Of a stretch of 64,000 nucleotides of DNA, positions 23,683 to 35,964 are shown piece by piece. Every line of letters starts with the position of its first letter. The first letter of the stretch is position 1. The position numbers and the translations under genes are program-made. A model generated the notes under the pieces. It saw only the letters and a list, made by a program, of their open reading frames with translations, made no database searches and was not told the origin of the DNA. This stretch comes from Octopus bimaculoides (Eukaryota), in the NCBI RefSeq assembly GCF_001194135.2, contig NC_068984.1:119885109-119949108 (forward strand), given 5' to 3'.

Positions 23683-24763
23683 CAGGAAGGGCATCCAGCT
23701 GATGAAAATTTGCTTCAACAAATTCCATCCAACCCATGCAAGCATGGAAAAGTGGATATTAAAGCAATGATATATATTTGTATGAACGAGAAAAGATGTA
23801 TATATATATATTTCTATAATTAAATACACCACAGAACTTTTACTGTAAGTCATCAACATAGAACTATTAGACAGGAGACATAATTGGTGTGTGTTTCTGT
23901 GGGTGTATGCATGTATGCACGCATATACATTAATATTGGAATGAATGATCACAGCAGGTATCACATTTCATTTAAAATGATAGTTTAATACCTTGCATTC
24001 AATTCACACTGCTTAGAATACTAAATACTATGCTGATGCTTTTGTAGCTATGTAATGGACAGACATGAACTACATTCATATTTACACATGATGGCTTGGT
24101 TGTATTTTATTATTTGTTTCATTCTTTTTGTGCTTTTTTACCTGCTAATTTGATACCAATCAAATACTTAATGTTCATTAAATGTTACACATCTTCAATT
24201 CCTTGTTAAACAGTGTATATTCTCAATTTGCCATTAAGCTTTATACATCCCCAATTCACATTAAATACTACATATCTTCAATTTCCCATTACACATTACG
24301 TACTCTCAATTCCCCATTAAAAACTAAATACCTTCAATTCACATTAAATATTCCATATCTTTAATTCCCTATTACATAGTGCATACCAATAATTCTCCAC
24401 TAAAAATGAAACATCCTCAATTCACATTAAATATTACGTACCTTTAATTCCCCATTAAATATTGCATACCCTCAATTCCCCATTGAACATTACATACCTT
24501 CAATTCCCCATTAAACTCCCCAAAACTAAAATATGATCAAGTTATCAATAGTATACTCTTTACACTTTTACTTGTTTCAGTCATTTGACTGCAGCCATGC
24601 TGGAGCACCGCCTTTAGTCGAGCAAATCGACCCCAGGACTTATTCTTTGTAAGCCTAGTTCTTATTCTATCAGTCTCTTTTGCCGAACTGCTAAGTTTCG
24701 GGGACGTAAACACACCAGCATCAGTTGTCAAGCGATGTTGGGGGGACAAACACAGACACACAA

Positions 24764-24802
<39 letters not shown>

Positions 24803-26416
24803 CATATATATGACGGGCTTCTTTCAGTTTCTGTCTACCAAATCCACTCACAAGGCTTTGGTCGGCCCGAGGCTATAGTAGAAGACACTTGCCCAAGGTG
24901 CCATGCAGTGGGACTGAACCCGGAACCATGTGGTTGGTAAGCAAGCTACTTACCACACAGCCACTCCTATAGTAAGGTTTCATGTATAAATATGAATGTA
25001 GCTCACTTCTGTCCATTACATAGCTACTAAAGTATCAACACAGTATTTAGTATTCTAAGCAGTGTGAATTGAATGCAAGGTATTTATACTGATACTATAA
25101 TGGGCTCAGCTTTTCAGAGTTAGCTGATCAGCTTCCACCTCTATTCAAGCACACTTGACTCATTCATCTATTCCTCGTTCATTATCCACATAGTGTTGAT
25201 TCTTCCTGGCTTCACATTAGAACTATGCTCAATCCTTTTCTCCTCAGAATGTACCCCCCTCTGAAATTCCGTCCCTGATCATGATTTTACTGCTGTCATT
25301 GACTTTGACTTACATCAGTTAATGACATCAATTTCACTAGTTTCTTAGGCCTGGGAAGTCTGAGGGTATTGCTTCTTCCTCCTGAGCTGAAAAAAAAAAA
25401 AAAAATTACATGAATGTTTTGAACCTGAGCATAAAGGATTGAGGGATTGAAGATATGAAATATTTTATGAGGAACTGAGGGTATGCAATATTTAACAAGG
25501 AAATTGAAGGTATCATTATGATAGTTTAATGTCCGCCATCCATGCTGGCATTATTTAATGAAGACTTGAGGGTGTTTAACAGAGAATTGAAGGTATGTGC
25601 TGTTTAATGGGGAATTGAGGATATGTGCTGTTTAATGGAGAATTGAAGGTATGTGCTATTTAATGGGGAATTGAGAGTATGTGCTGTTTAATGGGGAATT
25701 GAGAGTAAGTAATGTGTCATGAGAACTTGAATGTATGTCATATTTAATGTGAATTGAAGGTGTTTAATTTTTATTGGGAAATTAATGGTATGTAACATGT
25801 AATGATAAATTGAAGGTATGTAATATTTAATGTGAATTGGGAATGTTCAATATTTAGTGGAGGATTGAGAATATACAGTGTTTAACAAGGAATTGAAGAT
25901 GTGTAACATTTAATGAACATTAAGTATCTAAGAGTTGTCAAATTAAGAAGGTAAACAAGCACAAAAAGAATGAAACAAAAACTAAAATATAACCAAGTTA
26001 TCAATAGTATTGTAAGGTTTCATGTATAAATATGAATGTAGCTCATTTCTGTCCATTGCATAGTTACTAAAGCATCAACATAGTATTTAGTATTCTAAGC
26101 AGTGTGAATTGAATGCAAGGTATTAAACTATCATTTTGATGAAATGTGATATCTGCTGTGATCATTCATTCCAATATTAAGGTATACATGTACAAGTGCA
26201 TACATGCATGCACACACACAAACACCAGTTATGTCTTTTATCTGATAGTTCTGTGTTGATGGTTTACAATAAAAGTTCTGTGGTATGTTTAATTATAAAA
26301 ATATACACAACTTTTCCCATTCATACAAGTGTATATCATTATTTTAACATCTACTTTTCCATGTTTGCATGGGTTGGATGGAAGTTGTTGAAGCAGATTT
26401 TCATCAGCCCTTCCTG
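23683..26416. repeat. Large imperfect inverted duplication (arms about 23683-24500 and 25570-26416)
   Basis: For example, ccttgcattcaattcacactgcttagaatactaaatacta (about 23991) is the reverse complement of tagtatttagtattctaagcagtgtgaattgaatgcaagg (about 26081); both arms contain a roughly 30-bp tandem array. Confidence 0.85.
24555..24968 (-). mobile_element. Young family-A SINE with a probable ATAGTA target-site duplication
   Basis: Reverse complement of 19542-19985; ATAGTA on both flanks; the empty site is visible at about 26000-26015. Confidence 0.85.
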
Positions 26417-27137
26417 TTTCAAAGCAAGGTCATATTTCCTCATAATCAGACATGTTTTCATGAAAGTTTGGTAAAGAATGACACTGCTTGCATATCTGCC
26501 AAATCTACTCACAAGGCCTTGGTTTATAGTAGAAGACACTTGCCTGAGGTACCATGCTGTGGGACTGAAAGCGAAACCATGTAGTTAGGAAGTAAATTTC
26601 TTACCACCAAGCGACACCTGTGCATATACATATCTTTAACACCCAAAAGGTTTACATAGTAAAAATATCAGCTGCTGAATCTCATGACTGCAATATTGGA
26701 TCAGTATAACTTTTAAGTGCTGTCAGGGTTTATCATATTTCAAAGTAACAGGAAGTCGGTATTTGCAATATACCAAGAAGGCTTGTCAAGGTTGCATGGC
26801 AATTAGTATTGTTATTTCTGAACTCTGTGAGTAAATGCCATTCATTAAACCTGAGTAATGATTTGATATGAAAATTTACATCTATAGGTTGTGGTTATCT
26901 AATTAGAAAGGCTATTTGTAGAAAAATAGTCATACAAAAATGTATTTTGATGCTTCATAACCTGGTTTTCTTGCTTATATGAAATCCATTTCGTTATCTA
27001 TGACATAGTCTTAAGTTGCATCACCTTTGTGAAATCTCAATACCGAAAAGTAACAATCTTTGTGTCAATCAATGAATGTGATTAGTGCTGTACCTAGAGA
27101 GATATGTTGCTGTTGGTTCATAATTTCAATTAAGTAG

Positions 27138-27196
27138 ACCAAGAACAGAAGAGCTCAGTGCTTTGTTTAATGCCATACTGAAGTGTAAGCCAATTG
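27138..27196 (+). CDS. Candidate exon (phase 2-1); PRTEELSALFNAILKCKPI
   Basis: taagtAG...GTatga; single open frame; phase-matched to 27341-27426. Confidence 0.35.
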
Positions 27197-27340
27197 GTAT
27201 GAATTGTTGAACATAAGTTTTCAGTGGGTGGGTATGAAAAATATCAATTAAAATATTTGTCTTTCAAAACCTTTCTTTTGTTCATATTCATCTGTTGGAG
27301 AATGATATCCTTATGCTTTTACAATATTCACATATTTTAG

Positions 27341-27426
27341 ACATCCAAATTAGCATATTAGAAATAACAAAATTATACATGTGGTTATTTGATTGGAAAC
27401 TGCTGCTGCCTATAGTTGCTTATGGA
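27341..27426 (+). CDS. Candidate exon (phase 1-0); DIQISILEITKLYMWLFDWKLLLPIVAYG
   Basis: catattttAG...GTaaga; single open frame. Confidence 0.35.
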
Positions 27427-27929
27427 GTAAGAGAGAGAGAGTGACTACTATAAGATGAGAGAGAGAGAGTTACTACTATAAGATGAGAGAGAGAGAGAGA
27501 GAGGATAAATGTTCTTAAGAGGAGAAAACCATTTTTAGGTTTTTTGTTTTTCTTTTCTCTTAAGAAATCTTTTGCTATGAGTGAAAAGAAGGAAAAAGCA
27601 TATTATATTTCCATATCTATATGCTTCCACTATATTCACCCCTCACTGCATTTCTCTTTATCCTCATTTCTGTCCATCTGTTAGTCAACTTTCAGACTCC
27701 CATGAACTTACTTACACATCCGTGACACTTCTCTTACATTCACCTTCCTGTGACTTGAGGGTGCACTCTGACACTTCTTCACAATCATATTTGCTTTTCT
27801 TTTTTTCCAGCTAGGGTAACCATATATCTCATGACATCAAGACACCTTTTCCTGTCCCTCTATCATTCTTTAAACTCACATCACCTAGCATAAAACCATC
27901 TATCTCTCACTACTACTCCTCCATCAATT

Positions 27930-28140
27930 CGTGATTATTTATGAGAGGTGACCTCACTAGTGTTGATGCCATGTGAAAAGCACCCAGTACACTTTGTAAA
28001 GTGGTTAGCATTAGGGAAGGTATCCAGATTGGAAACCGTGTTAAAGCAGATATTGTAGTTATCTGGCTCACCAGCTCCTGTTAAACCACCCAACCCATGC
28101 CTGCATGGAAAATAGACATTAAATGATTATGATGATGATA
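27930..28140 (+). mobile_element. RTE-clade LINE 3' UTR fragment
   Basis: aaaagcacccagtacac...acccatgcctgcatggaaaatagacattaaatgattatgatgatg. Confidence 0.6.
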
Positions 28141-28426
28141 AACACTCCTAGAGTGCAAAGCAGCTTCTAACATTTGAAGAAATTTATAAATATTGGTATA
28201 ACGTACTGCAGGATTCTGGAATGCATTTTAAAATGTCAAATATAATAAACGAAAAGAAGGAAGAGTGAAGGAAGCTGTATAAAAAAAACGAAAACAAAAA
28301 AAAACATGCTGTTAAAATAAATATCTGTTTTGAAAATCATGCATTCTGTCTTGTTTGTGTTCAGAGAAAATGAAACACAGACATTATATTGTATTCAAAT
28401 ATACTAAACAATTGGAGTATTTTCAG

Positions 28427-28594
28427 CAAAATGACTTCAACAAATTTAGGAGAGACTATATGTTTAGGAGTGACTATTTGACTGATATTGATGTCTTGGA
28501 GTTAGAAGCTCTTTTATGGTGTAGCAGACTGAGAAGGGCAGGCTATATAGAAAATGAAACAAATTATAAATATATAATATTTGTATATTTGTAG
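28427..28594 (+). CDS. Candidate exon, 3' boundary unresolved; QNDFNKFRRDYMFRSDYLTDIDVLELEALLWCSRLRRAG...
   Basis: Acceptor gtattttcAG in phase 0, inside the 79-aa ORF 28355-28594; no clear donor found. Confidence 0.3.
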   Translation, partial: QNDFNKFRRDYMFRSDYLTDIDVLELEALLWCSRLRRAGYIENETNYKYIIFVYL

Positions 28595-28878
28595 TAGGTG
28601 CTACATTTTTTGCATCAGTATGGGTGAATTTGTTCTTGTATTGTTCTATGGCCTGGTATATGAATCTTTTCAAATAATTGTTATTGATTAATATTTGTTT
28701 TACATATAAGATATTCTTATTTAAAGTTTCTGAGGGCATGAAAGATGCTTTAAATAAGGAAAGCTTCTTTCCTTTGCAAAGATTTTTTTTTTCTCATTCC
28801 TTTATCCTCATCTCTATATCTCTATCCATCTGTTACTCAACTTTCAGACTCCCCTGAACTTACTTTACTCATCCATGT

Positions 28879-29197
28879 TATAGTGAAAATCATAAGTCTT
28901 GTGAAATATAGCTACCCAGGGTGTCCTGGACAAAACATTAATTTATTTTGCCATTTTCCAAGCTGAGAACAAGACCATTTGTCAGTTGCTTTTTTAAGCT
29001 GATGATGTTTGAACAAGGAATGCTCATAAGGAAGGCAAAGTTCTTTCTGTTTTCTTCCTTTTGAGCATTCCTTATTCAAACATCATCATCTTATAAGGCG
29101 GTCTTGTTCTCAGCTTGAAAAATGGCAAAATAAATTAATATTTTAGCCATGAAACCCTAAGTAGTTGTATTTCACAAGACTTGTGGTTTTCGTTATA
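28879..29197. repeat. Foldback (palindromic) element, about 320 bp
   Basis: ttaatttattttgccattttccaagctgagaacaagacc pairs with ggtcttgttctcagcttgaaaaatggcaaaataaattaa; both termini are TATA. Confidence 0.85.
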
Positions 29198-29523
29198 TTA
29201 TTATCTTTACTCTGTTCGCTGTGCAAGAACTATACTACTTGTTGAAGCCTTATCACACACGCACACACACACACACACACATGTGTGTGCATGATTGAAT
29301 TTTTCCTTTATGGTATCACACTGCGCCTGGCTGTTTATATTCTAACGTCCTGTACCCTGATATGCATATATATACACATGTAGATGTAAGTATGTACATA
29401 TATGTGTGTATACATGTATATATATTCTTTGTATTATTACATTATTGAACGCACACGTCCTTTTTTGCAAGTAAGTCTACTTTATTATTTTGACGTGACT
29501 CTATCTTTCTATCTATCTATCTG

Positions 29524-29562
<39 letters not shown>

Positions 29563-30344
29563 ATCTATTTATCTATCTGTCTTCCTCTATCTTTCTNNNN
29601 NNNNNNNNNNNNNNNNNNNNNNNNNNNNNNNNNNNNNNNNNNNNNNNNNNNNNNNNNNNNNNNNNNNNNNNNNNNNNNNNNNNNNNNNNNNNNNNNNNNN
29701 NNNNNNNNNNNNNNNNNNNNNNNNNNNNNNNNNNNNNNNNNNNNNNNNNNNNNNNNNNNNNNNNNNNNNNNNNNNNNNNNNNNNNNNNNNNNNNNNNNNN
29801 NNNNNNNNNNNNNNNNNNNNNNNNNNNNNNNNNNNNNNNNNNNNNNNNNNNNNNNNNNNNNNNNNNNNNNNNNNNNNNNNNNNNNNNNNNNNNNNNNNNN
29901 NNNNNNNNNNNNNNNNNNNNNNNNNNNNNNNNNNNNNNNNNNNNNNNNNNNNNNNNNNNNNNNNNNNNNNNNNNNNNNNNNNNNNNNNNNNNNNNNNNNN
30001 NNNNNNNNNNNNNNNNNNNNNNNNNNNNNNNNNNNNNNNNNNNNNNNNNNNNNNNNNNNNNNNNNNNNNNNNNNNNNNNNNNNNNNNNNNNNNNNNNNNN
30101 NNNNNNNNNNNNNNNNNNNNNNNNNNNNNNNNNNNNNNNNNNNNNNNNNNNNNNNNNNNNNNNNNNNNNNNNNNNNNNNNNNNNNNNNNNNNNNNNNNNN
30201 NNNNNNNNNNNNNNNNNNNNNNNNNNNNNNNNNNNNNNNNNNNNNNNNNNNNNNNNNNNNNNNNNNNNNNNNNATATATATATATATATAAAATTTGTTT
30301 TGGGAACATGGAAAATTTGAAGCAGATAAAGTCATAAATATTAA

Positions 30345-30487
30345 CATGTAAATATTGGGATATAAATCCTATTGGGTAGAAAAAGTTTAAGGCTGCCCAT
30401 AGGACATGAACTCAGATCCTCTATAAATGTGATACTGGCAGCCTTTGACTTTTCTATCTAATGGGATTTTTAACCCAATATTTACAT
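30345..30487. repeat. Short foldback element
   Basis: catgtaaatattggg...aaggctgcc pairs with ggcagcctt...cccaatatttacatg. Confidence 0.75.
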
Positions 30488-30599
30488 GGTTTTATGTATT
30501 GTTTTCCCGCCTTTGAAGTTTCCTCGTTTCAAAAAGAAGGAATGTTTTGATAATTAATTGACATTCCCAAACTCTTATGATATCAACAATAATATGTAT

Positions 30600-30890
30600 A
30601 TATGTGTGTGTGTGTTAATATATGCATTCACAATCGTGAGATTGTGGTTTCAACTCCTAAACCAGGTGATGTGTTGTGTTCTTGAGCAAAACACTTTGTC
30701 TCACATTGTTCTGATGCATGGTATACAGTGGTATACAGTGCACTTGTTCAGACAACATCGATTTGATGGAGAGAGTAAGCTAATGTGTGGTACGAACATT
30801 TGATCTCTATAAACAAATCATTTGTGCAGTTTTTTCAACAAACTGAATGCTCATATGTCATCTTTGATGGGACACTCCTGCTAGCCATTA
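30600..30890 (+). mobile_element. Diverged tRNA-derived SINE (additional family)
   Basis: gtggtttcaactcc B-box-like motif plus gtgttcttgagcaaaacacttt central motif. Confidence 0.45.
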
Positions 30891-31062
30891 CACATCCTTT
30901 TTTTTCTCTCCTTGTTTCTTTCTTTGTCCCTTTCTGTGGAAGAGCATAGGCTCGAAATGTTAAACACTTTTCACTTCCCAAGCACTATACTAATACATTT
31001 TTTGTTGTCTACACCACCTGTCTTCGTCTTTTGTTTTTTGTGAATTCTCCCTGTATATATAT

Positions 31063-31352
31063 ATATTTGGAGAGAAGATTTTTTTCTCAAAGAGTAAAGA
31101 TTGAAAAAAGAACCTTTTTAGAAACTCGAAAGGCACTAACCTTTGGGAAGAGATTTCACAAAATGTTTGTAGCTTTTGCTTTTAACATGTGCTTGAAAAC
31201 ATTAAGAACTGAAAGCACTTGCACATCTATAAAAGCAAAAACCGCACACATTTTGTGAAATCTCTTTCCAAAAGTTAGTGCCTTTCGACTTTCTAAAAAG
31301 GTACTTTTCACAATCTTAACTGTTTGAGAAAACAAATCTCCTCTCCAAATAT
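31063..31352. repeat. Foldback/MITE-like element in (TA)n
   Basis: atatttggagagaagatt...aaggcactaacctttgggaagagatttcacaaaatg pairs with cattttgtgaaatctctttccaaaagttagtgcctt...aatctcctctccaaatat. Confidence 0.85.
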
Positions 31353-31684
31353 TATAACNNNNNNNNNNNNNNNNNNNNNNNNNNNNNNNNNNNNNNNNNN
31401 NNNNNNNNNNNNNNNNNNNNNNNNNNNNNNNNNNNNNNNNNNNNNNNNNNNNNNNNNNNNNNNNNNNNNNNNNNNNNNNNNNNNNNNNNNNNNNNNNNNN
31501 NNNNNNNNNNNNNNNNNNNNNNNNNNNNNNNNNNNNNNNNNNNNNNNNNNNNNNNNNNNNNNNNNNNNNNNNNNNNNNNNNNNNNNNNNNNNNNNNNNNN
31601 NNNNNNNNNNNNNNNNNNNNNNNNNNNNNATACCTTAGTATATGTGTATGTATATATACATTTATAAATATATATATGTATATC

Positions 31685-31735
<51 letters not shown>

Positions 31736-32377
31736 AATTTTTGCATTAATCTACCAAAGGTTGTGGTAAAAGATATTTTCAAATGTGTCCACTCACTAGG
31801 ATTGAACCCAGAACCAAGATATTGTGAAGCAAACTTCTTAATCATATATCCATGTCTGCATCCATGTTTGAAAGCTAAGCATTTCTAGAGAAAAGCAAAT
31901 TCCTTTTGGCGAATACATACATACATATATATATATACAGCTGCTATTAAATTATCTTATTGTTGCATGATTAACATTTTGTTTTCTAAAAATAAAACTA
32001 AAAAACTGAAAAAATCTCATCTTGCAGTTTAAATTAAAATATTTCTTGTTTTCAGAGTTTCTTGTCTCTTCATTCATTAACTTGTTCTGTGGCAGTATAG
32101 AAATATCTGGTGATTAGATTATAAGAAAGTCTAATTTGTGTCCAAGGCTATGTAATCTATCATTTTGAGTCAATTCAAGTGTATGTTTCTTTAGTGATTA
32201 TTTTCACTCTGCATAGATATCTATGTAGACAATAAACATAGGATTCTGAACAGTGGTAGATCAAATGATTACATCGTTATTTTTTAACCTTAAAGTAATG
32301 TGCATTAGTGGGTGTGTTCACATCACATTCTATCAAGATATATCTCATATATATGAGACATATGTATATATATCTCA

Positions 32378-32425
<48 letters not shown>

Positions 32426-35039
32426 NNNNNNNNNNNNNNNNNNNNNNNNNNNNNNNNNNNNNNNNNNNNNNNNNNNNNNNNNNNNNNNNNNNNNNNNNNN
32501 NNNNNNNNNNNNNNNNNNNNNNNNNNNNNNNNNNNNNNNNNNNNNNNNNNNNNNNNNNNNNNNNNNNNNNNNNNNNNNNNNNNNNNNNNNNNNNNNNNNN
32601 NNNNNNNNNNNNNNNNNNNNNNNNNNNNNNNNNNNNNNNNNNNNNNNNNNNNNNNNNNNNNNNNNNNNNNNNNNNNNNNNNNNNNNNNNNNNNNNNNNNN
32701 NNNNNNNNNNNNNNNNNNNNNNNNNNNNNNNNNNNNNNNNNNNNNNNNNNNNNNNNNNNNNNNNNNNNNNNNNNNNNNNNNNNNNNNNNNNNNNNNNNNN
32801 NNNNNNNNNNNNNNNNNNNNNNNNNNNNNNNNNNNNNNNNNNNNNNNNNNNNNNNNNNNNNNNNNNNNNNNNNNNNNNNNNNNNNNNNNNNNNNNNNNNN
32901 NNNNNNATATATATATATATACACATTACACTCTTGGAATGGTTGGCGTTAGGAAGGGAATCCAGCCATAGAAAACCATGCCAAATCAGACTGCAGTCTG
33001 GTGTCGCCTTCCAGTCAAACCATCCACAGCTGTTTAATGTGCCAGGTTTCTTATAGTCCTGAAGAATTTTGACTCTCTCGCCGATGCAGATCTTGCTATG
33101 GCCACTTCCATTAATATATGGGCCCGGAAGATCAATTAATTTCCCCCTGATGTCACACAGGGATGTGACAAACCGTCTTTCTGAGACTCCCAGATCCATT
33201 CTGACCTGAAATGGTAGTCTCTGGCTAGGTTCCATCTATGGGTGAAATAGGTTTTGTAAGAGTAGATTGAGCTCCTTAGCTGTGGTGAAAGCAATCCATG
33301 TATAGGAACTCCAAAATGAATACTCTCTTCCAACATGCCATAAACCAGCAGAGAAGAGTATGGCTGATGAAACTAGCATGAGGTACTTCCATTAACATAG
33401 TTTCATACTTTGGAAGCAAGTCTCTAACATTAGAGCACATTCTGCCGCAGGCAGAGGTAGTGGGAAATGATGATGAATGCTTTTACAAACTGTTGGATGT
33501 TGCTCAGCTTCATGAACTCTAAGCACTGCTTATGCTCTAGTAACTAAACTTAGTGGACTATATTTCTGATGGAGCCATACCTCACTCATTAATATTTACT
33601 GTATCATTGTTCTTTCACTTTTTTTCTGGATACTAAACATATTTTTTCCAGTTGTTAGCTCAATTTTTTTTTTATAAATACATTCTCTATATATTTTGAA
33701 TGTAGTTATTTTAGTATTTGATATATGAGACAGTTGTATATGTAAGTATTGCTTGTTAATGTGTGTGTATGTAGCTGGAAAGATTTATCTTGACTCATAT
33801 TATTGACCAAACTCTTATCCAGATCTCCATGTCTGGTTATTCTGATGTCTATATAGATTCCCTGTCTACGTTCTCTTATATTATTAAATCGATATTTGAA
33901 TAGTTGAAAGATTGCTTGCTTCCCTTATGCTCTGGTGCACTGTTTCTCAGAAAACTAGTGATAGCTATCATGTTTTTCAAGATATTTTCTACAGAAAATG
34001 TTTAGCATTACTTGATTTACTTTCTCATTCCCCTACAAAGAATATATAAATATCATTTAAAATTTTTTTGTATTTTATCTAAAGATTCTTTTTTATTCTT
34101 TCTTATTACTTTTGTAAGTTTGATTAAATCTTTTGCTTGCTTTACTTTAAAATTATGTCCTTGAAGAAAGATTTAGAAGATTTTTCTTTTTTCAAGTTAA
34201 CTTTGGAAATTAATATCTACATTTAAATAATATTACTTTTTTTTTCATATAATTTCACCAAAAGTAAATTCAGAAAGCCAAATCTCTTATAACTTCACTT
34301 ACACACATACACACACAAACTAATTTTTTGTTGTGCAACTCTAATTTGACATATGTTAATATAAATGGAAAAGTTTCCTTTAAAAATTATAAATGGTGAT
34401 GAAATAAAAAGAAAAGAAATATTTTTGAAATGTCTTATTTGTGGTTATTTTGGTAACATAAGGTGTATTTAGGTGTAAATGGCTAATGATTTTCACGTTT
34501 GAAATTTTTGGCAGACTAAAGAAATCAATCTACTGACTATGTATCTAGTAGTAAATTCTATAAGGTCAGTATAACCTTATTCTGAAATACAGTACTTGAA
34601 TAACTGACCAAATATATTCAATTTTAGTTGATTGAGGAGGTTGATGTCAGGCTTATTTGTCAAGTATTATTGCTTATAGTTTAGGAAATAGTTGAGGAAA
34701 TGATATTAAAATGCTGAAGAATAAGTGAAATGTAGAACCAGATTATTGTTAAAGGGTTGACAGCCAGCATCACTTTTATGTTATAGAGTTGCTTTAGAAG
34801 AGAAAAAAAGATTTTTTCTATTATAGGTATGCAAAATGGTAAGAATCACATCAATGATGTGTAGATCCATTTTTAACTTGCTCCTCCTTGCTCAAATATG
34901 AACACGGCCTTTTACTGTTGAGTTTTGTCTCAGGGAATGACTTATACTTATTGATGTGTATAAACATACTCATTCTAAGTGACATCAATGGACTATAAAA
35001 CATCAGTGTTTCAGCCTGGTTGCACCTCCTCAGTGATAG

Positions 35040-35114
35040 ACATCACCTGGTCTTTTGGAGCTAGACAAAGACAATTGCTCCTATGAATTGTGTTTTTATC
35101 AAGAAAATAAATGG
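35040..35114 (+). CDS. Candidate exon (phase 0-0); TSPGLLELDKDNCSYELCFYQENKW
   Basis: gtgatAG...GTgata; weak splice sites, phase fit to 35864. Confidence 0.25.
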
Positions 35115-35176
35115 GTGATATGTTCAGAAGAGCTTATATCAGCAGATATTTTATGTGCTACTATGAGAAAGATTAA

Positions 35177-35225
<49 letters not shown>

Positions 35226-35863
35226 CCAAAGGGAGATAAACATTTTTGTTCCATGTGGCAAGTTTGACAATTGTTAGGGAGTTTCTTAACATGAAACCAA
35301 TGGTGGCTTTAATCCATAAATAAAGAATTTTTATCCACCAATGCAGTGGATTCACATTGTTTGATATTAATGCATGCATAAAGTGATTGAACTTAAAGTA
35401 TTCAATCAAAATTTCTTGTTAATTTATATTCTAAACACCACCTCATTACTGACTAAGTTATTTTACTAAATTCTTCATTATTTTCAAAATTAATTGATGC
35501 CAAAAGTAGCAATATGTAACAAAGGGATTAAAGGCATTCCAGCCATAACTATTCTGTTATTTAGTGTGTAATTTCTAGAAGATTTGGTTGCTGTTTGAGC
35601 AGACAGAGTAGCCATATAGAGGCTTCCTTATTAACCTGAATTGAAAGATGTAAATATGAAAGGTCATACAAGAATGTTTTACAACTTTAAATGTTACATT
35701 TAAATGTCTCATCAGGTAGGGGATTATAGAAACCTTTTGTCTAATCCCATTCTTTTACTACAGTAGATCAGATTATTGAATATGAAGCTCTACCATTATG
35801 ATTTTCTCAATATTTTGTAATAGATATTTTTAATGTGAATTTTTCTTAATTCCACTTTGCCAG

Positions 35864-35907
35864 AAAAAATTACTTAAGATGTTGAAGAATGACTACAGCA
35901 GAAATGA
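35864..35907 (+). CDS. Candidate exon (phase 0-2); KKLLKMLKNDYSRNx
   Basis: Acceptor ttttcttaattccactttgccAG, donor GTaagt; single open frame. Confidence 0.45.
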
Positions 35908-35964
35908 GTAAGTAAATTTAGTTCAACTATTTTGCTTATACATACATACATACATACATACATA

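Noticed and set aside
33050-33590. GC-richer segment with 66-aa minus-strand ORF 33136-33336
   Set aside because: Multiple stops and no identifiable domain.
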